Source: a virus. From it: DNA of 34,222 nt. The stretch's first letter is position 1. The number at the start of each line of letters is the position of its first letter. Below the pieces are notes generated by a model. The model was given only the letters and a program-made list of their open reading frames with translations, did not search any database and was not told where the DNA came from. Positions 29,629-34,222 of this stretch are shown here, in pieces. Both the position numbers and the translations under genes were made by a program. The stretch lies in the UHGV virus genome UHGV-0086334. One strand, given 5' to 3'.

Positions 29629-30047
29629 CAGCACAGATAGCGGCTTACGGGCGGCTGGTGGCTGACCCGCAGTTAAAGACCACCAGCAAAGGGACACAAA
29701 TGGCGATGGCGAGTATGGCGGTTCCCCTGCCGTGCAGCCAGGCAGATGACGGAACGGCGACGATGTGGTTATCCGTCCTGGCGTTTGGCAGACAGGCCGA
29801 CGCACTGGCAAAACACCACAAAGGCGAACTGGTGAGCGTGGCGGGTAACATGCAGGTAAGCCAGTGGACAGGCCAGAACGGCGAAACGCGGCGGGGCTGG
29901 CAGGTTATCGCAGACAGCGTAATCAGTGCGCGAACGGCGCGACCGGGCGGCAAAAAAGGCCAGCAGGGGCAGGCCACTGACGCACTGAACAGGGCAAAAC
30001 AACAGTCGGGGAATGATGATCCGTACGGCGATAATATACCGTTTTAA
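29625..30047 (+). CDS. Single-stranded DNA-binding protein (SSB-like)
   Basis: 140 aa; YGRLVADPQLKTT, TMWLSVLAFGRQA, Gly/Gln-rich linker and acidic tail ending DDPYGDNIPF. Confidence 0.7.
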   Translation: MTAQIAAYGRLVADPQLKTTSKGTQMAMASMAVPLPCSQADDGTATMWLSVLAFGRQADALAKHHKGELVSVAGNMQVSQWTGQNGETRRGWQVIADSVISARTARPGGKKGQQGQATDALNRAKQQSGNDDPYGDNIPF

Positions 30048-30063
30048 ATTCTGCAAACAAAAA

Positions 30064-30092
30064 GATGCCGGAAAAAAATAGATTTTCCGGCA
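30064..30092. terminator. Stem-loop, possible terminator
   Basis: ATGCCGGAAAA-n7-TTTTCCGGCAT inverted repeat after the SSB stop. Confidence 0.45.
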
Positions 30093-30258
30093 TGCTACAT
30101 AAATCCCGACCAAAGGAAGTAAATACATTAACACGAATTATCAGCACTGAAGTTGTTACGGCATATTTTATACAACATTGCACTTGGTTGCATGTGTTCG
30201 CATAGCAGACATCGGTAATAGAATATATTCACAATTATTTGTAATGAATGTAAAGAGG

Positions 30259-31305
30259 ATGAGTATGGTTGATTTATATTCGCCTACACAGCTTGTGCAG
30301 GTGGCTAATGCTGAAGATGTGCAAAAAAAATTAAATGCGTTGTTTACCAGTTTGTTTTTCACTCGCTCGGTAATGTTTGAATCGAGAGACATTATTCTTG
30401 ATACGATCGACGATCCAAATATCCCGATCGCGGCGTTTTGCTCTCCTATGGTGGGCAGTAAAGTTTCACGAGATGAGGGATACGAATCAAAAACAATTCG
30501 TCCAGGTTATATGAAGCCGAAAAGCAGCATTGATCCAAATAAGTTAGCTGTGCGCCCTGCTGGTGTGTCACCTGAGCAATACAATGCTTTTGGGGCGCGT
30601 AATATTAAAGTTAAACAGGCGATTGTAAATCAGGCTAAAGCTATTCGTGCACGTATTGAATGGCTTGCTGTTCAGGCAATCACAACGGGGAAAAATATCA
30701 TTGAGGGCGATGGTATTGAACGTTATGAGCTGGACTGGAATATAAAACCACAAAATATCATCACTCAGTCTGGCGGTACTGAGTGGTCAGGTAAGGATAA
30801 AGAAACTTTTGATCCAAATGATGATATTGAGAGCTACGCAGAATTTAGTGAGGGCGTCACTAATATCATCATTATGGGTGGTAATGTATGGAAGAAATAC
30901 CGTTCATTCAGAGCGATAAAAGAGGCTTTGGATACCCGTCGTGGTTCTAATTCCGAACTGGAAACGGCCCTTAAAGACCTTGGTGATTCGGTGAGTTTTA
31001 AAGGGTATATGGGCGATGTTGCGATTGTTGTTTACAGCGGGCGTTATACCGACGAGGACGGAACAGAAAAACATTTCCTTGATCCTGATTTGATGGTGCT
31101 TGGCAATACGGCTCTTCAGGGGATTGTCGCCTATGGCGGTATTCAGGATCCGGAGCTAATCCGAATGGGGCTGACTAAAGCCGAACTTGCACCGAAAAAC
31201 TATATTGTGCCTGGTGATCCGGCTATTGAATATGTGCAGACACATTCAGCACCACAGCCAATACCGGCCCGCATCAATCGTTTTGTTACCGTTCGCATTG
31301 GCTAA
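30259..31305 (+). CDS. E: Major capsid protein, lambda gpE-like
   Basis: Starts MSM as lambda gpE does; IITQSGGTEWSGKDKETFDPNDDIESYA, FRAIKEALDTRRGSNSELETALKDLG, GDVAIVVYSGRY, MVLGNT match my recollection of lambda gpE. Confidence 0.85.
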   Translation: MSMVDLYSPTQLVQVANAEDVQKKLNALFTSLFFTRSVMFESRDIILDTIDDPNIPIAAFCSPMVGSKVSRDEGYESKTIRPGYMKPKSSIDPNKLAVRPAGVSPEQYNAFGARNIKVKQAIVNQAKAIRARIEWLAVQAITTGKNIIEGDGIERYELDWNIKPQNIITQSGGTEWSGKDKETFDPNDDIESYAEFSEGVTNIIIMGGNVWKKYRSFRAIKEALDTRRGSNSELETALKDLGDSVSFKGYMGDVAIVVYSGRYTDEDGTEKHFLDPDLMVLGNTALQGIVAYGGIQDPELIRMGLTKAELAPKNYIVPGDPAIEYVQTHSAPQPIPARINRFVTVRIG

Positions 31306-31314
31306 GGGGGAGCA

Positions 31315-31656
31315 ATGGCTACTCATTACACTGAACTCATGGCTGGCACTGAAGCACTGGTGACTACGCTGGGGATATTTTCAGCTAATAAAGGGGTAAT
31401 TCCTGCATTTACGCCACTGATGCAGGAAGATGCAACAGGTGCACTGGTGGTATGGGATGGTTCGAGCGTAGGTAAAGCGGTTTATGTTTCCGCTGTACAA
31501 ATCGACACCGCGAAAAAAATACAGGCTCAGGTCTATAAGACAGGTGTCTTAAATGTTGATGCTCTGAACTGGCCTGAGTCTGTTAAAGAACTGTCAGTAA
31601 AGGTTGCAGCGTTTGTTGGCTCAGGTATTTCTGTTCAGCCGCTGGCTCGTGTGTAA
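31315..31656 (+). CDS. D: Capsid decoration protein, lambda gpD-like
   Basis: 113 aa; FTPLM, LVVWDGSSVGKAV, YKTGV, WPES, AAFVGSGISV match lambda gpD blocks. Confidence 0.75.
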   Translation: MATHYTELMAGTEALVTTLGIFSANKGVIPAFTPLMQEDATGALVVWDGSSVGKAVYVSAVQIDTAKKIQAQVYKTGVLNVDALNWPESVKELSVKVAAFVGSGISVQPLARV

Positions 31657-31667
31657 AGGGGGATACA

Positions 31668-32051
31668 ATGCAGAATGATTACAATGACCTTAAGCCAATT
31701 GCCGAAATGATGTACCCGAATCCAGCTGTAGAGGAATTAAAAGCTATCGCTGACAAAATGTGTTTAAGCGAGCGCCTTGTTGATATGAATCAGGTGATGG
31801 AAATTACAACCCTGAGTCGTCGTACACTGCTAAACCTTGAGGCTAGTGGAGAGTTCCCGGAGCGTGTGCAGGTTACGGAAGGGCGTAAGGCCTGGTATTT
31901 AAGTGAAGTGATCGACTGGATAAATAATATTCCTCGCGCTTCTGAATATTGCCGCGTACCTGTCCCAAAAAAGCCAGATGCGGCGCTATGCCTCAAGATT
32001 GAGCGTGTACGCCGCAATGCACGGGATGGTCGCTATAAGCTGATTGGTTGA
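31668..32051 (+). CDS. AlpA-family HTH protein
   Basis: 127 aa; VMEITTLSRRTLLNLEASGEFPERVQVTEGRKAWYLSEVIDWI is an AlpA-type HTH; AGGGGG RBS. Confidence 0.6.
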   Translation: MQNDYNDLKPIAEMMYPNPAVEELKAIADKMCLSERLVDMNQVMEITTLSRRTLLNLEASGEFPERVQVTEGRKAWYLSEVIDWINNIPRASEYCRVPVPKKPDAALCLKIERVRRNARDGRYKLIG

Positions 32052-32074
32052 TGAAATTAGGGCCCGCTCTGGCT

Positions 32075-32135
32075 GGCGGGTCCTTTCCGGTGATCCGGTA
32101 GGCTACGGGGCGGCGACCTCGCGGGTTTTCGCTAT
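32075..32135 (+). other. Lambda-type cos site of the inserted element
   Basis: GGGTCCTTTCCGGTGATCCGGTAGGCTACG then GGGCGGCGACCT (32108..32119) then CGCGGGTTTTCGCTATTTATGA; the 12-mer is the lambda cohesive-end sequence as I recall it, and the flanks match lambda's right and left ends. Confidence 0.75.
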
Positions 32136-32252
32136 TTATGAGCCTTTTTCGGGTGCTGGTGGTGGTTTTGTTGTTCGCTCTATCTCTATGAATAAAAAGG
32201 AAAAGATAAAGCCAATACACCAACCTGAAACATTACTTAAGTGGGGATATTG

Positions 32253-32795
32253 ATGAAATCGCACCTGATGAACAAAAAAAACATGGCGCAAAGCTGCCGT
32301 GTAAGTGCGACAGCGTTCGACAAGTGGGGAGTGACTCCCGTTGAACGTAAAGGCCGCGAGGCGTTTTATGATGTTGCCAGCGTAATAGACAATCGGGTTA
32401 GCAATGCAATTAACCAGATTACAGACGACAAAGGCGAGATTGATGATGATGAACTCCTACGAGTCAGGATCAGATTGCTGACAGCACAGGCAGAGGCGCA
32501 GGAGCTTAAAAACGAGCGCGAACGCGGCGACGTTATTGATACAGCGTTTTGTATATACGTGCTTTCAAAATTGGCGAGTCAGATTTCTTCAATCATGGAC
32601 AGCCTGCCGCTTGCCATGACAAGGAAGTTTCCCGACATGAAGCCGTCTATGCTGGATGGACTGAAAAAAGAAGTTATCAGAGCCTGTAACGCATGCGCAA
32701 AACTTGACGAAAACATACCGCTGATGCTGTCCGATTATCTGATGGAAACTGCCGGAAACGTACCGGATAAGTTGCAGCCGAATAAAGATAAGTAA
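32253..32795 (+). CDS. Nu1: Terminase small subunit, lambda Nu1-like
   Basis: LLTAQAEAQELKNERERGDVIDTAFCIYVLSKLASQISSIMDSLPLAMTRKFPDM...KLDENIPLMLSDYL aligns closely with lambda Nu1 C-terminal half; N-terminus MNKKNMAQ resembles Nu1 MEVNKKQLA; start could be ATG 32268. Confidence 0.8.
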   Translation: MKSHLMNKKNMAQSCRVSATAFDKWGVTPVERKGREAFYDVASVIDNRVSNAINQITDDKGEIDDDELLRVRIRLLTAQAEAQELKNERERGDVIDTAFCIYVLSKLASQISSIMDSLPLAMTRKFPDMKPSMLDGLKKEVIRACNACAKLDENIPLMLSDYLMETAGNVPDKLQPNKDK

Positions 32796-32806
32796 CGTAG
32801 TACGCT

Positions 32807-33088
32807 ATGACTGAATCCGAAATACTGCGATTAATCCGCCGTGCTTGTGGAATCAGCAAGCAGCATGACGAACAGGCCACGCAGCCGGACAGCGTGACCG
32901 CAGATAATTATGTGCGTGTAGTGGCTGAGGTGATGCGCCGTGACGGTATTGAGCTTAACGGCGTGGATATGCGCAACATACGAACAAGAGTCCTTGAGTT
33001 GCTGGCATATCGTCGCCGTTCTCAACAACGGAGGGAGAGCGCGAAAAATACTTACCAGTGGAAGAAGCCGGAACGATTGCGGCGGTAA
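32807..33088 (+). CDS. Hypothetical protein
   Basis: 93-aa ORF, Arg-rich C-terminus. Confidence 0.4.
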   Translation: MTESEILRLIRRACGISKQHDEQATQPDSVTADNYVRVVAEVMRRDGIELNGVDMRNIRTRVLELLAYRRRSQQRRESAKNTYQWKKPERLRR

Positions 33089-33344
33089 CTTGCTGATATT
33101 CCCGATAACGCAAAATTGCGCTGGCTGACTTGTTGCATTGCAAAAAGTTAAGCAGGAAGGCACGGCCTGTAAGATGGGATGCAGTAAGTAGTTCAAGGCT
33201 ACCTTGTGCTGGCACGCACAGTTAAGCCGTCGGTGCTGGATATCCCCCACTGGGGGAAAAGCTGGCTACATCCCTCACATCTGAGGACTGATAACGCGAC
33301 ATTGCGCTGGCTGGCAAAGTGCAAAATTGCACGATGGCCTAACC

Positions 33345-33494
33345 CATTGATTATTTCGAAAACCTGCAATGCAGGAAATCGGGGAAGTAAGCCTAAGCTA
33401 TTGATTGTTTCGAAAACCCCCATTGGGGGATGTCGGGAAAGTAAGACTAACCCATTGATTCTTCCACAATCCTCAATTTGAGGAGGCCGGAACG
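33345..33494 (+). repeat. Three phased 54-bp tandem repeats, each with a central 13-bp palindrome
   Basis: Unit CATTGATT-n-TTCGAAAACC-palindrome-GGGAAGTAAG; palindromes CCTGCAaTGCAGG (33363), CCCCCAtTGGGGG (33417), CCTCAAtTTGAGG (33471) exactly 54 bp apart. Confidence 0.6.
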
Positions 33495-33801
33495 TCTACA
33501 TAGCTGCATCGCCGTAATGATGATTCAGCCCACCAGCCAAATCAGCACAGCAACGACAGAATAGCCCGACACAGAAAAACCACGAATATGGGGTTTTTGT
33601 TATGACATGGTCATGATGACCACTCATACAAAACAGGTAAAGCCCACCAGCCTGATTAAAGGTTAACCGGAAAAAAGCCAGGTATCCAATCTCGATATGG
33701 GGATCCCTATATCGACATTAACGCCCACTAAAACTGTGCATATATGCATAGAAAAAGCATCCACCAGCTTTATGACGGATGCCGCTCATCTTATAAATAA
33801 T

Positions 33802-33824
33802 CGTGTATTGCAGTGTGTATTGCG
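33802..33824 (+). repeat. Integrase arm-type repeats (attR side)
   Basis: CGTGTATTGCA and GTGTGTATTGCG, same motif as the attL-side repeats. Confidence 0.5.
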
Positions 33825-33897
33825 ACTCCTTTAAACGATAGGTCTGAGCATTCGTAATGTACTGTTTTTAAATTTTATTTTTTCCTGTCTTTTCATA

Positions 33898-33912
33898 AAG
33901 GCGATGTATGCC
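33898..33912. other. attR core of inserted element
   Basis: AAGGCGATGTATGCC; portal reading frame resumes here (K-A-M-Y-A-A-T-I-E-S-E-L-D). Confidence 0.6.
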
Positions 33913-34167
33913 GCGACAATCGAATCAGAGCTCGACAGCCAGCAGGCGTTTGAATATATCGCCGGCGCGGGTACTGATATCGACTCGAACCCACTGAATT
34001 CGTTTATTCAGAGTTACGTGACGTACTACAACGGCGCAAACATTAAATTAGGCGGCGTGAAAGTCCCTCACCTGCACCCCGGCGACAAACTCAGTTTACA
34101 GACCGCTCAGAACGCTGACGCTGGTTTCAGTTCGCTGGAAAAATCACTCCTGCGTTACGTTGCCGCT
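33898..34167 (+). pseudogene. B: Portal protein (lambda gpB-like), middle fragment, truncated at its 3' end
   Basis: [44 protein letters not shown] continue the lambda gpB alignment exactly where the 5' fragment stopped; ends at a TAG supplied by the following IS-like sequence. Confidence 0.85.
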
Positions 34168-34222
34168 TAGACTGGCCCCCTGAATCTCCAGACAACCAAT
34201 ATCACTTAAATAAGTGATAGTC
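34168..34222 (+). mobile_element. Terminal ~55 bp of an IS2-like insertion sequence (continues beyond window)
   Basis: TAGACTGGCCCCCTGAATCTCCAGACAACCAATATCACTTAAATAAGTGATAGTC matches my recollection of the IS2 terminus; portal homology ends abruptly here. Confidence 0.65.

Larger units (their letters stand above)
22996..33912 (+). mobile_element. Integrated phage satellite-like element (~10.9 kb) inside the portal gene
   Basis: Bounded by direct core repeats; integrase next to attL; arm-type repeats at both ends; replication and packaging genes but no portal, large terminase, tail or lysis genes. Confidence 0.75.

Overview
This window reads as an enterobacterial lambdoid prophage, late-gene end disrupted twice. 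Calls rest on reading the six-frame translations and raw sequence against remembered family motifs and lambda protein sequences; no database search was run. Left to right: immunity region (divergent CI-like and Cro/YdaS-like repressors, YdaT-like protein), replication module (initiator plus DnaB-type helicase), small nin-like ORFs, a promoter-terminator unit ahead of an ORF6N antirepressor, then an accessory block on the minus strand (two lipoproteins, an HNH and a GIY-YIG nuclease). Next is an AT-rich island of three single-gene cassettes separated by a ~75-bp structured repeat. The late region follows: YbcO-like nuclease, Q-like protein, lysis cassette, cos-like region, small and large terminase, gpW and portal. 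The portal gene (lambda gpB-like) is split at 23003/33904 by a ~10.9 kb integrase-bearing element, and its 3' part is cut again at 34168 by what looks like an IS2 end. The inserted element resembles a phage satellite: P4-type integrase with arm repeats at both ends, two AlpA-family regulators, Bro-N protein, repressor with palindromic operator, primase-helicase, iteron origin and SSB. It also carries lambda-type major capsid (gpE-like) and decoration (gpD-like) genes and its own cos plus Nu1-like small terminase, but no portal, large terminase, protease, tail or lysis genes. This element is the most interesting candidate for a previously undescribed system; the cassette island is second.
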